A stretch of DNA of 64,000 nt from Chrysomallon squamiferum (taxonomy: Eukaryota > Animalia > Mollusca): NCBI GenBank assembly GCA_012295275.1, contig CM022670.1, positions 18,476,001 to 18,540,000 on the forward strand, written 5' to 3'. Below, piece by piece: positions 1 to 22,373 of this stretch. The notes under the pieces were generated by a model, which ran no database searches, was not told the DNA's origin, and was given only the letters and a program-made list of their open reading frames with translations. Position numbers and translations under genes: made by a program. Position 1 is the stretch's first letter; every line of letters begins with the position of its first letter.

Positions 1-1
1 T

Positions 2-8756
<8,755 letters not shown>

Positions 8757-11700
8757 TCACACAGAACATTTCTTACACTGATTCCATCACTAAGTGATAC
8801 TGTGTGTCCTTACTGAGTAACCCAACTGACAGATCTTTTAGCATTTTGTTTATTAGCTCACATCTTTAATCTACTTGTTTTTTCTCTTTTTCTGTTGCTG
8901 TATTACACAAACATAAATACACTTATAATTTTTATTTTTTATCAATATCAGCACTGACGCTTATTACTAAAGGCAATATACATTGGTGCAGAATAGCTAA
9001 AGACTGAAGCAGAGGTTGAACCCCAGTGCAGTACTGAGAAATTGCAGCACAGCTGTCTTATTTTCACTACTAGGCAGATAACTGCAGTTCTTTCAGGATG
9101 CTTTGCTGTAAAAATTAGATATGTACACATTGCAGATTTGATTTCTTAAAGGTTTGCTCCTGAGCCACATTTAATAAAAGTAAAATAATGAAAATTTGAA
9201 TGAAGCAGCATGAATGAGAACAAAACATTTCGATGGTTTCAGTTTTAAAATACTGCCATTCTAAATTGTACTTATCTCGAGTAGTGCAATGGTATTTTAT
9301 ATATATAAAATGAATAGATAGCTTGTATAATTTACAATATAGATATATTCTTAAATATATACAAAGATGATATTATACTGAAACATTTCAAAACAAAACT
9401 AATTAATTTTATTTCCAAATTATTCCTCATCTGAATTTTTTTTAAGGTAAAATACAACTTTTTATTTTCTCATAACTTTTTTAATCCGTCTACACGCAAT
9501 TTATTCTAAGATGTAGATGGATGGTTTTTGTGATTCAGTTATTTTACTGGGATATTTTATTAATTGTTTTTTTCCCCCAAATTTTGCATTAGATACTTTT
9601 TTTTTTTTTCTTTAATATTATTAATTCTAATTTAATATAATTACTTCAATTTGTATTATTATTTTTAATTTATAAATGACTATAGTGTAACAGTGTGTGA
9701 ACTGAGGAGTGGGTAAGTGAAAATGCTACATATCAAGTTTGAAGTAAATCCGTCCATCAGCTCACTGAGTCTGAGTTTGACACTGGTAAAATCTGTGTGC
9801 TGTCAGTCTGCATGCAGTGATTGGGTTGTGTTTTTAATATGATAAGTAGTAGAGTGGTCTGTTGAGTTGAGTTTGAGTCAGGACTCAGATGGAAGATTTA
9901 TAAATCTTGAGGTTTGATCTTGGGATGTTTTATTTATTTATAATTATTATTTATCTATTTTGTTTGATTTTTTGTTAGGTTTTTCATTTCTACTGAATGA
10001 TGTATTGATTCTGCTCACAAAGGAGTGAAAAATAAGTTTAGCTTAACAGATAAGAATAATCTTACTTTACTTATTTATTATTCTTTGGTACAAAAAACAA
10101 AAATTAATTATTATTGCTGTATTGCTTGGCTGTATTAAGTACTTTTGATTCAGTTGTAAGGCTCATTTTTCTTTTTAATTATTTCTTTATTATTATTATT
10201 ATTAATTTGTTCTTTTATTTATTTATTTATTTTTTAAAGATAGTTTCTCCATCTTGTAAACTGTATATGAGACAAAAGTAAACATTTGGAAAATGAGGAA
10301 GAGATTTGACATTTATAGAATTAGGACCAGCAATTAATATATAACATTATTATTATCTGAGCTTTTGTTATAAACATCTATTAAATATAGTGATTACTAT
10401 TTGATTGAAGATTTATTTTCTTGTGTTTTATGTAAGCAGATTTTTCACTTATTTACAAGTTACATATGGATAATATGTCAAGTCGGACGTAGTAAGTTAT
10501 ATTCTTAGAATATTGAAAATACATAATATGCAACTATTTGTTAAATGTGAGTATAGATTATGCTGACAGGAAATTGTTGTTATAATCAGTGTTTGTGATG
10601 ATTGTGTATAACCATACGAAGAACAGTTTGTTTAATTATGAAGTACATTATAGATGTTTTGAACTACTGGATTATATATAATAGTGACATTTTGTATACC
10701 TTCAGTTTATTGTTTGGAAATGAAGACTAGCGTTTGTTGATAATAAAGTATGACAGCATAACCAACCCACTAATAGACTGCAAGTTTAAAATAAATCAGA
10801 TGAAAATTGATTTTTAAATAATTAAACCATCAGTAATAAAACAAGGGAAAATGATAGCAACAACATTTCTTGTTATTTTGTTCCATACTTTATTGTTAAC
10901 AATGGTTGGTGTTAAGAAATTTAAAGCATTTACTTGAAAGTATACATAATGAATTTAGGTTCACACCCCCAACAAGCATCCTACACTTTCAGAATAAGTA
11001 TCTTTGTGAGATGTGTCATGGATGTTTTGAATACTGAATTGTATATAATAGATTTATGAATAATTGTGAGATATACAGTAACTGTTTTAAAATGTTAGAT
11101 TAGCTCTTTTGAATTGTGAACAACATTATGTTAATTACTTCACTAACTATTAATGTTAAATTGTGGATGGGATGTTTCTAGTTGACCAGTGAATTTCATT
11201 TCTGAAGATGTTTTTAAGTTGGTAAATTGCTGAAATAACCTGAAATCAGTTTCCATGCTTTTATATATTGAAAATATTCATAAACGTTACATTTATTGCA
11301 GTAGTGTTTCTGCCACAGATTATATAAATAAAATACAGATTCAATAGTTTCTGACAATGAAGGAAACAAATAAAAAATAAATTATCTATATGACCTCAAA
11401 CAAAGATATGAATATGAGTAAACTAGTGATAAGCTTCAGAAAACCCAGAATAGTGGAAGGAACTTGCAAAAGTAAAATTGTCACAAATAAAAGAGAGTAA
11501 AATAGTATTGCCATATTTCTGTCCAGTGAAATCCTTATAGTTGGGTTTCATTCAAAAAATACTCTGAATGACAAGAAAGGTAACAAATTTAAATTTACTT
11601 GATCCTATAGGATATTTTCAGAATTTAAATTCATCAGTTGGTTGTCTGTGCATCCATCCTTGCACTAACTACAAATACATTTATTGCAAACATTAATGTA

Positions 11701-12678
11701 ACAATGAACAGAACTTAAAATGTATTTCATGCACCAGTTCATTCTTGATAAATTTTGTTGGTGGTTTTTGTTTTGATTTTCATGAAGAAAATGTGAATTA
11801 TAAATACACATATATTTATTTTAAATATAGATACATACATTTAAATATAAATATATATACATAAATTTAAAATAAATAAATATATAGATTTAAATATTAA
11901 TGTATATAAGCAGTTACTAATCACATAATGCCTGCTAATGTGAAAACATGAATGTTCTGTAGATTCTTTGAAACCTTAGAGTGTACTGAGAAAAGTTTTA
12001 CTCATTAAGTTCAGTAACTTTTGAAGGTTGTTTTATGATGTGAGTACTGTCCAGGAACCTGCTAAATAATTATACTGAAACAAATATATATAATAAATAT
12101 ATCTTTAGATTTAAAAAAATAATTTGTCTTGTCCAAATTTTTATATAACTGTTTATATTTTTCGTCAGTGTGAGAGATAACGACTTATGTCAAATAACAG
12201 CAATAATTATATATTTTGCTTTAATTTTTTTTTTTTAACCATTCTGCCAAGATGAATTATTTTATGTTCTAACCAATTAAATATTGTACAGTTTTGAGGA
12301 ACAAAAAACCAGTTATACAATATGTATATATATTATTTACTTCTTGTGTTGTGTCTGTGGCTTATATTGTTGTGGGTATTTGCATGAATTACAAATATAA
12401 GTTTTGTTTTATTTTTTTATTTCAGATCTTCACATATGTTACATTGTTTAAAAACATTCCTTTTTCAAATATTTAGTTATTCTAAAGCTGTGTATGTCTA
12501 TATCACTGTTAAATTGTTGATACTTATATTTACACCTGAAGAGATTCATAGCTTTTTATATATGTATGTGTACATATCTATATATCTTTATATATAGATA
12601 TAATCATTTTATTATTCCAACATCAATTTCTTTTTTCCTTCTTTCTGTATTTTTGTTTTTTGATTTATTTATTTTTTA

Positions 12679-12717
<39 letters not shown>

Positions 12718-14085
12718 TTTTGAATATTGTAGTATTCAGAAATTACTTTTTCTGTACAATTTGCTATTATTACTATTATTATTAATTTTTAAGTTTAATT
12801 TGGTTTATTCAAGGGTGTTGCTGGCTAAAGTGATGTAACAAACAGCTATAACATTCCTGTGCTAACTTTTTTGTCACATTATAGTATTCTTTCTGTTTTA
12901 CCACCTCTCCTTTTTTTCTCATGTTTTGGCTTTTTATTAAGTTTTATTAGTTTTTTCTATACACCATTCCGTCATGGTAAGTTTATAGTATAACAATTTT
13001 TTTTTTTTTTTTTTTTTTTTTTAATGATTATTGTTATATTAACTTCTCCGTCATTCCAGATCATGTTTTTGTTCTAAAAGCTTATTTATTAAAATATTGT
13101 TTATATATATATTATTATTATCAAAGAAGATGTACTCAGATAGTTTTAAAACAATAAAACATCAAAATAATATTGATAACTGATTCTGTGACAGTTAATA
13201 TTAATCAATAAAAATACGTTATTAACATCTTAATATCAATTAATATTCAAAATGTCAAGAACGTTAGTGTTTATTATTCTGACTCTTTTTACTTTAATGA
13301 TTTAGCAACATAAATGTATTAGAAGCCTTTTCAATGTGGTTTGTTCGCTTGTTTTGTTCTCTTTAAATTGGTAATCGAGTTACAGGTATAAACTTTTGTT
13401 GGGGGTTTTGTTGAAGCTTTTCATATATAGCATCACATATATAAAACTTTGTTTTTGTTGTTTTGTTAAGTGTTTTATAGATTACCTACTAATTGTATTG
13501 TTTGTTTACATGATTGAAATGTTAGCAGTGTTTAAAAATAACTGATTAATACGTTGTGTTTTTTTCTATCTTGATATGAACTATGAATAAATTACATGTG
13601 TATACCAATATATGTGGACACATACACACACATAATGACATACATACAAAAAACCTATTAACTGATGAATTATCTATGTATTTTGTTTTGTATTGTTCCT
13701 GTGGGGATAGAAACCTGCTTTATTTAATCTTTAATAAGTATGGATGAGGGTCTTTTTTGTTTGTTTTGTTTTTTTTGTTGGACTTTTTTCCCTTTTTTTA
13801 TATATAAAATGCTTTGATTTATTGGTAGCAGTGACTTGTGTGCTGTTCCTTGGTGCATTAAACTTATGAAACCAATATTCAGCAATAGTTAACAATTTTT
13901 GTTTCATTCACAACCAATCTGTCATAGTGTGTATACATAACAGTTTTGCTGTTCTTTTTTCTACGTGTTACCATTTATAAATTATTCATAAGGAAATGCC
14001 TTGCAGTTATCTTTTGTTAGTGTTTTAAATATAGTGTGTTGAGCACATTAAAATTATAATAAATAAGTTTAACAGCGTGCAGTGG
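8757..14085 (+). other. NBEA: Probable 3' UTR of neurobeachin; end uncertain (up to about 5.3 kb)
   Basis: T/TG-rich, CpG-poor sequence with few repeats continues after the stop. AATAAA at 9173, 13153, 13207 and 14058 among others; ATTAAA at 14047; composition changes after about 14.1 kb. Confidence 0.45.
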
Positions 14086-14160
14086 TGAATTGATACATTT
14101 ACAACTAGAAACACCGTTTTTAAACAACGTATAATGCTATATTACTTTTAATAGACAGAT

Positions 14161-14196
<36 letters not shown>

Positions 14197-14673
14197 TGAT
14201 GATAATCTCTGAATATCTGCCACCAAATTATGAGGTCAAAGACCTAACCAAGTGTTTGGTGGGGTTTTTATATTTTCCTGGATCTGCCACTAATGTTTTA
14301 CACTTCGTAAGTAGCCATTTATTAGTTTAGATGTTACCTTGTCCAAAACAAGGAAATGAAATGTTTATATCAGTCCAGAGCTAAATAAACTAAAAATAAT
14401 TCAGTGCTGTCTACATACTTACTAAATAAATAACAGCAGCAGAAAACATTGTCATGGACAAGACATCGGGGATTGATTGATTATCTGCAGATCATTTTAT
14501 ATTTCTTTGTTTTATTATTTAATTGTTTAAAAATTAGTCTATGCGTGATATGAAAATTTGGCGTAATGACTGGTTCCATTCTGTGACAATTTTAATGCCT
14601 TTTTACCTTGTGTGATAATTTTTTATTTATCGTTATTGTTTTTGTTGGTCAAAAAACCAAAAACAATTAAATT

Positions 14674-14711
<38 letters not shown>

Positions 14712-15400
14712 CTTGACAGTTAACAGCAATTGATAAATAAAAGAAAATTATTTGCAGTGTTAAAAGAACGAAAAAACGTGAATAAATAACAGCTTCCGTT
14801 ATAACATGATTTCTGCAAAACTTTAATTCAGTTTATATGAACTACAGAACATTAGAGATAAATAAATATTTCCAGAAATATATAGCAGTGGTTAACCATG
14901 GAATATTTAATTCGTAAATGACGTGACACAAGTAATAAAGTCTACAGACCTAATATCTAGCTACTCTGAAATGCTAATTTATCCACAAATGTTGCAATAA
15001 CTAAACATTGTTTAGTATTCCCATTCGATGAATTATCAGGACTGCACACCACCGCCTATCGCTAAAAAGAAAATAAGACAGTACAATAAAAATGGTCTTG
15101 ATAATTGAAGTTGCTGTAACTTCAGTCTACGTGTGTTGCAGCAGTGTGTCTGTGTATGTATGCGTGCATTCGTGCGTGTTTGTCACAGAGATAATGTGTA
15201 ATGTGTAAAGAAACTTAACCACTGTAAAATTGAAATTTCAAAAAAAAAAAAAAAAAAAAGTTTTACTGACTCATTGTAAAGCACAGCAACAATAATTAAT
15301 TTCGTGGGGAATATGAAAATGTGAAAATTACGTGCCTCGTGAACAGTCGCAAATACATGTGCATAGTAGGCATCCACGGTGACACAAAATCGTCACAGAA

Positions 15401-16183
15401 ATGCCTCGAAAGACACCCAAACAACTCGAGCGAGCCCTGAGTATGGTAGCTACCTTTTTTTTTTTTATCAGTTTTCCCACTTTGGTGAAACCAGCTTGAT
15501 GCAGTATTATGGGCAGACATCAGACAAGCCAGGAAAAGGCTGATCCATAAGGACTTCTACTTTGCATCAGCGGAATCGCTTACTGACAGTTACATCATCA
15601 TTAGCGAATACCTTACTTCACACGGTTAGTCGACAACAGTGGCCAGATAAACACAAAGACACTTATTGACAGCGCAAAATCGCCGTTAGGGTGGTTACTG
15701 ATGAAAGCAGGTTTTTGTTCGTTCAGAGATGATTGTAGACAGCATGTTTACCATCGAAGAGGAGAATGGACCGCGGCAGGGATGTATGGGCAGGGGTGGA
15801 CATCTCTGGTCATTGTTCACTGAAGTTTTACAGGTCAGCATTTCATCGATGACATTCTGCGACAGATTGTCCTTCAATTTCTCCAGCAACAGCCACATGA
15901 TGTCATTTATCAGCATGAAAATGTCAGACCCCATACAGCCAGAAAAGCACAAAATTTCCTTGGAATCAACATCAGTGTTTGACGAAGCCTGTATAATCTC
16001 CAGCTGTATCACTAAAAAACTTTGGGAGATCTTGAATCGACATCCACCCTGCAGCCTTCTGCCTAAGGCCTTCCAACGAGAATTACTACGTATCCAACAT
16101 GACCTCATCTGACGACTGACATCTTCTAGGAGTCAGAGAGTTTTCCAGTATATTGAGGCAAAGGTGCTTACACACGCTATTAA
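15401..16183 (+). pseudogene. Degenerate Tc1-like (Tc1/mariner, DD34E-type) transposase
   Basis: Frameshifted blocks in the expected order: MPRKTPKQLERALSM (15401), GQTSDKPGKG, TDESRF (15697), QHFIDDILRQIVLQFLQQQPHDVIYQHENVRPHTARKAQNFL (QHEN at 15911; equivalent of QxDNARPH), KLWEILNR, GAYTRY* (ends 16183). Stops, deletions and a poly-T break the frame; TIRs not resolved. Confidence 0.88.
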
Positions 16184-16958
16184 TCTGACGTGCTACTGAA
16201 CTTGAGTGTTGCTCCGTATCCATGAAAAAGAACGTTTGATTGTTGTACACAACATCATTATGATTATTATCATTTTTTTAAAAATAATTCTTACGTTAAC
16301 ATAATAATCTTTTCAATACATTATACTTCATGCACTGTATCTTCTGTTGTGTTTCGACTAAAGTCATTTAAAAGTATGGTAAAATAAAACAAAATAAAAA
16401 ATAATTAAAACAATAAAATAAGAAATACATTTTTTAATTAAATACGGGTGTCCACAGCAGCAGCAGCAACAAGAAAATAAATAAAACAATAAATGCTGTA
16501 TTGTGTCAAGCGGAGTGCAACATCTGCTGCATCTGGCTTTTTACAATGGATGCCCTCTGGCACTTATATTTTAGTATAGTTAGTCCTCGTGTACATCCAT
16601 CTGTATGGCTTGTCTTTGTGATGGATGGAGATAGCTTCACCATGACACTGGTCTTGTTGTACATCTACGTAGAAATGGGCGTTTTGCACGATGAGAGAAA
16701 AAACATTTAACTAAACCAAAACAACGTTAGCAACAAAATAAATAAATAAACATATATTCATGATTAATAAAATAAAATAAAATCGGTAGTGGTGGTGGTG
16801 TTGGTGATGATGATATTGATAATCTTTGCAACTGAAACACATGCATGCACTATGTGGATATTCTGCTAAATTTTTGATGCTATTTTTCTGTATTGTCCTT
16901 TTCAATCTTTCTTGTATAAGCACACGTACAATACAAGATTATACACGTGGTGAACTAA

Positions 16959-17084
<126 letters not shown>

Positions 17085-17520
17085 CTTAATTGTTAATGCC
17101 TTTTTATCTTCATGGTAAAATATGTATTTTTTCTTTTAAAATTATGTAATTTCATTACTATTATACGAATGTTTTTAAACCAAAGTTTTAAAAATTAATG
17201 TGAAATGTTCTATGTAGAGATTTGGGCGTATTCTCATCATCAGTCTCATTCTAAAATTCACACATGAAAGGTATCATTGATACTGATTTATTAATAATGT
17301 TTCAAGAATTTGAATTCTGTTATTGTTACTTTTATATTTATGATTAGAATTAGGATCTTTTTTCCCCAAAAGTTTCATTGATTATGCATGTTTCTATCTT
17401 TTTGATCTTGTATTACTCTCTAAAGTATTGAATAATCAGTATGAAAGCCGATTTTAGTTAGTAAATTGCTGTTATTTCCATATGAATACTATTTTATTCT
17501 TGCATTTTATACCTTTATTT

Positions 17521-17523
<3 letters not shown>

Positions 17524-17611
<88 letters not shown>
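17524..17611. repeat. (TC)n microsatellite
   Basis: Perfect dinucleotide run. Confidence 0.98.
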
Positions 17612-17613
<2 letters not shown>

Positions 17614-18494
17614 TCCCCCCTCCCCTATTTTTCAAATTTCCCTTTCTCTCTCTCGTCTCCCCTTTCTCTTTTCCATATATGTTCCCGCCCGATGAAGTAG
17701 CTGTCACCATCCTGTGACAAATGAGGTTGTTTCCAGGTGTAACGAGCTAAATCATAAATATTCGCTGACAAATTCGCGTTTATATGCTAGCCTCGGGCTT
17801 TTGGATTCTGGCGTATGGTTTTAATAAGTGAAGTTCTGTCACAATAAAGTTTGCTTGCCTCCAGGGCTTGATGTCACCAGGTATAATTGTCCACATTAGA
17901 TATACCTTAATACCGGTCTCATTACAGCCCGAGGGTAATGAAATCATTCACCAGTTAAACCAATTTACTTGCAGCTTGTGTATCCGGTTCACTGTGATGT
18001 CTATCGTCTGCATCGCTGTCCAGGTTGCAAGCAGACGACACTTGATGCAGACGTCAACAATTCGCGCGCTTTTATCTTTTAATTCTAGATGGTTTTAAGG
18101 TTCGCATTTCCTAAACCCGATGCGACGCCTCGTAGTGTTTTATGGCATAAATAAATTACGAGTTTATGAGTAAAAATGTGACACAAGATTAACTGAACAC
18201 TGATTTATAAACAATTTTGCCAGATGAAAATTCTTTTTTATATATACTATGTGTGAACGTTCGCTAGGTCTGTATCCGTAAAGGGAGATAAATCTGGAAG
18301 TATTGTGTGCGATAATGATCTAGAAATAATTGGTAATATTTAAACAATTTCTATGGCTTGTTTTAGATTTTCAAAGATTCGATTTTTGGGTGTTTTTTGT
18401 TTTTTTAATTTCCTATTACTTATTTTATTGCCAAAATTGCAGAAATACGGTTTTAATACTAACTCTTTGAAATGACATGTTGATGAAACAAACA

Positions 18495-18497
<3 letters not shown>

Positions 18498-18585
<88 letters not shown>
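18498..18585. repeat. (TC)n microsatellite
   Basis: Perfect dinucleotide run. Confidence 0.98.
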
Positions 18586-18588
<3 letters not shown>

Positions 18589-19440
18589 CACACACATACA
18601 CATACACATATGTATAGATGTGTTTGTGTCTGTATGTGTGATATATATGTATGTATGTATGTATGTATGTGTAAATAATCATTAATGTAGGATACCTATA
18701 GCAAGCCATTCGAATATCAACGAAATAACTCAAAAGAAAATTTATTATATGAAAATGAGCTGTGTCATTTACTTCAGGGCTGGCAATTATATTGACATTT
18801 GATGCAAACAGATGGTGTTGAATTAGAGTTTTTCTTATTTTGGACAGAATGTTAGTTGCAAGATAACATTTATACTATTCGACTATCTGACTAATCGTCA
18901 TAATGATATTAGCCAGTTTTCTTTTTTATTTTGCAAATACATAATAATAATAATAATAATAATAATAATTGGAAATACACACATATATGCACATAAACAG
19001 AGGGAGTGGGAAGCAGGATAGTGTGTGTGAATATCTAAAAGAGAAACGTTAATTCAAATCGTCAGATAATGTCGGAATGAACAGCAATACGAGAACATTT
19101 GGTTAAAAATGTTTTCAAATTTATTCTGATAAAAGTTGACTGACGCTATCATAATGACAATCAGGCGTGTCATTTCAGGGAAAAGAAAAACTTCGCCATT
19201 CCTTGCCAGTTTCACCTGCTCCGCTTGATATTTAATCTGCTTAATCCACAACCTGCTGTCAGCGCATAACGAGAGATCGCGAGACTTGGGGAATGACAAG
19301 CAGCTCGAGCATGCGCCTTCGTGCACTATTTGCGAGATAGAAGTGATAGGGCAGTGATGGATGAAGAAGCAGGGATATCCTCCCAAATTTCGTGGTGCTT
19401 TATGAGAACGGCAGGGTCATAACTCTCTGTATTTAAATAG

Positions 19441-20167
19441 CAGTGACGGATCTAGAGGAGGTGGAGTGGAGGTTTACAATTTTGTATCCCTAAGAAATCG
19501 TTGCAAAACTGATGGTGAAAACGAAATTTTAAGAGAAAATAAATTATACAAATTTTAAAATGAATCTGTACTTAAGAGATTATTATTTATCCAGTTTATT
19601 ACTAGCTGCTTATTCAAGACAATGTTAAAGACGAGTTAAAAATGACATAGAACAGACATAGAACAGCATAGACGATGTTAAAAATGACGACAAGTATAAC
19701 TGCAATCCATTTACATCAAGAAATTGATCCAAGCTCCAAATATCATAGTTTGTCTTAGTAACAGAATTATAGATTCTTGTCATTATGGCTCAATTATAAC
19801 GTTAGTTGGTATTACGAAATAAACATAATTTTTTTTTAATAGTTTCAGTTATTGGCGATTGGATATCAAAAATAGTCTTGGTTCGGAAATATTCGTTAAA
19901 GAAACATGCTACAAAATTATCTTCTTTCATTAGCTACGAATTATCTGTTATATACATTATTGCTATAGACAAGAAAGTACGTGCCAAAAACTTATAATGA
20001 ACTGTGAGATATTAGCTTGAGCAGGAAATGGCCTAAAGGGACAGCTAAATAAAATTGGAACAGTGACCCATCATATACCAGATTTACAACTAGTAGAATT
20101 AATTCTGGAAGAGTTACTATCATTTTCAAGATTTCCTCCTTTCCAACAGAATCTGGATCTGCCGCTG
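19441..20167. mobile_element. Probable old non-autonomous DNA transposon (hAT-like CAGTGGCGGATCCAG termini)
   Basis: Left end CAGTGACGGATCTAGA; right end reverse-complements to CAGCGGCAGATCCAGA; AT-rich non-coding interior; no intact target-site duplication. A related lone terminus (ctggatctgccacta) sits at 14278-14292. Confidence 0.55.
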
Positions 20168-21426
20168 TGGGCTTGCAGTGATCGAAATCGTCAGCACGCA
20201 GAGAGAAGAGGCATTAAAAGTCGTTTGAATTAGTCAAATGTAAAAGAGAGGCTCGTATTATCTCGATAACAGTTCGTATCAGCAGCAAACTCGTTATTCG
20301 AGGAGATGGGTAGCAGCGTGAATTTATGATAACTTTTCTCTCCCAAAAAAAATATTATGAGCTAATGCTCAATCTAGCACTTCACGATTTTTCATCGAGA
20401 TCGTTCATTTTGTTAAATATTTGTAGGAGAGGAATTTCTCAGCATCTGCTAAGAGTGAAATATTGCTTTATCAGAGCCGTCCCGAGTTCCAGAGTGGCTC
20501 TTTCAAGAGAATGGTTTAAAAGCGAGATCTGTCAGTGAGAAGTAAATATTTAACTGTAGCAGTTCACGTGTGTCATCAGTCCGGGTTATCATGCCGTGTG
20601 TTGAGTACTGCTTGGCGAATAAACACATAAAAAATAAGATGGCAAAAAAAAAAAAAAAAAAAAAAAAACATTCGTCGCCTTAGCTTAAATTTCACTGTTT
20701 CCTTTTTCGTGTATTTACCAGGTCGTGATTTATCAAAGCAAAGCGTGTTACAAATCATTTAGATTTCTCCGTTTGTAGTTCCTGGATTTTGTGATCGGTG
20801 TTATGCTTTATGTGTACACAATCTGTGCTTGGCGTGTTAATAATTTAGACATTTTATTTACATCAAGTTCATTTATCCAATTACAGTCGAACTTTGACTT
20901 TCTAAGGTCTTGTTGGATTTATAAATTCCTGGTTTGATCAGTCACATTGGCTTTAAAAATCAAGGTCTTTTATTTGTCCATTCCAAGCAGTGGTCTACAA
21001 TTTCCTTTTGATAAATGTATTTGCAATATATCCTGCTGCGTTGGCATACCTTCGATTATTAGTTAATTTAAAAGCTAACGTATTTTTCTGAAGTTTACCT
21101 TTACCATTACATATGTTCGTGGTGGTCTCTCTGCGTCTTCGCTTTTTGAAAAACTCCTTTTATACATTAACTGTCCAAGATATATTCAAAATCAAAGTTT
21201 TCATGTCGAATAAACATGTTTGACTATTTAACATTTCGGTAGGTATAAAATTTACAAGGAAAAGGTAGTATCTACGAATACTTATTTTAATGTTGTTGAA
21301 CTTTTCATTATTGTTGTTAAAGATTAGTTCTAAAATTAATAATCAGTTAAACATACCAAAATACACTTAAGTTGATTTAATATAAAATTTATTTTTCAAC
21401 TATTCAGAAAAACTTTTTTATTTATT

Positions 21427-21457
<31 letters not shown>

Positions 21458-21682
21458 TTCTTATTCACAACTATTGCGGTGTTTGACCCTCAGCGGACTC
21501 TACAGGAAGAGCGACTTACTAAATCACGCTCGGTGCACTGAAATATTGTTATTGTTTGTTTTGTTTTCGTTTCAGATTTTAGTCTTGTCCGATTTATCGC
21601 ATTCTAATGGTAATTTAAACTGCTGAAGTATAGGAGGTGAAATGTGATAAAAAAAATAATAATAAAATAAAATAAAATAAAA

Positions 21683-21713
<31 letters not shown>

Positions 21714-22234
21714 AATAAGTAAAAAAGGAAGAAGGAAAGGAAAAAAGAAATAGAATATAGAACAGAGTTGTTGTTGTTGTTACCGTTATTATAGATAAAG
21801 AAAAATAATGAAAGTAACTAGAAAAAAATCAGTTATGAAACAAAAATAATTTTGTTAGCTGTGCAGTCTTCAGTATATTAATTTTCATCATCTTTTACGG
21901 AGGAATTATTATTAAAACTGAATAACAACAACAATAATAAAGACTTATATAGAGAAAAAATATTAATATATATATATATAGCAAAGAGAATGAATAAAAA
22001 CAACAAAAAGAGACTAAAACTCGAGGAAATTAAACTGACAAAGTAAAGAAAATGTAAAATACAGGAAAAAGAATAATAAAGCATAGAAAACATAATTATT
22101 ACAATAAGAAAGCAAACATATTAACTGGGAATAATACCAAAAATAATAATTATGTCATGGAATAAAATACATCTGTCACATTAAATATGAATTCAAATAT
22201 ATTCATCAGCTTGATTAGTAAACTTTTATGAACA

Positions 22235-22235
<1 letters not shown>

Positions 22236-22277
<42 letters not shown>

Positions 22278-22342
22278 GTAATAATAATAATAGTAATAAT
22301 AACAGTAGTAATAATAATAATAGTAATAATAATATAACAATA

Positions 22343-22372
<30 letters not shown>
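22236..22372. repeat. (AAT)n/(AGT) then (ATT)n trinucleotide microsatellite
   Basis: Direct reading; similar (AAT)n tracts occur near 14.7, 29.8, 32.8, 35.8, 39.3, 43.2, 56.3, 56.7, 57.2, 61.9, 62.3 and 63.2 kb. Confidence 0.9.

Positions 22373-22373
<1 letters not shown>

Noticed and set aside
10721-10740. TGAAGACTAGCGTTTGTTGA resembles mature miR-7
   Set aside because: Seed and body mismatches, and no complementary hairpin arm visible.
15695-16112. 137-aa (-) and 127-aa (+) ORFs as genes
   Set aside because: By-products of the frameshifted Tc1 transposase remnant.
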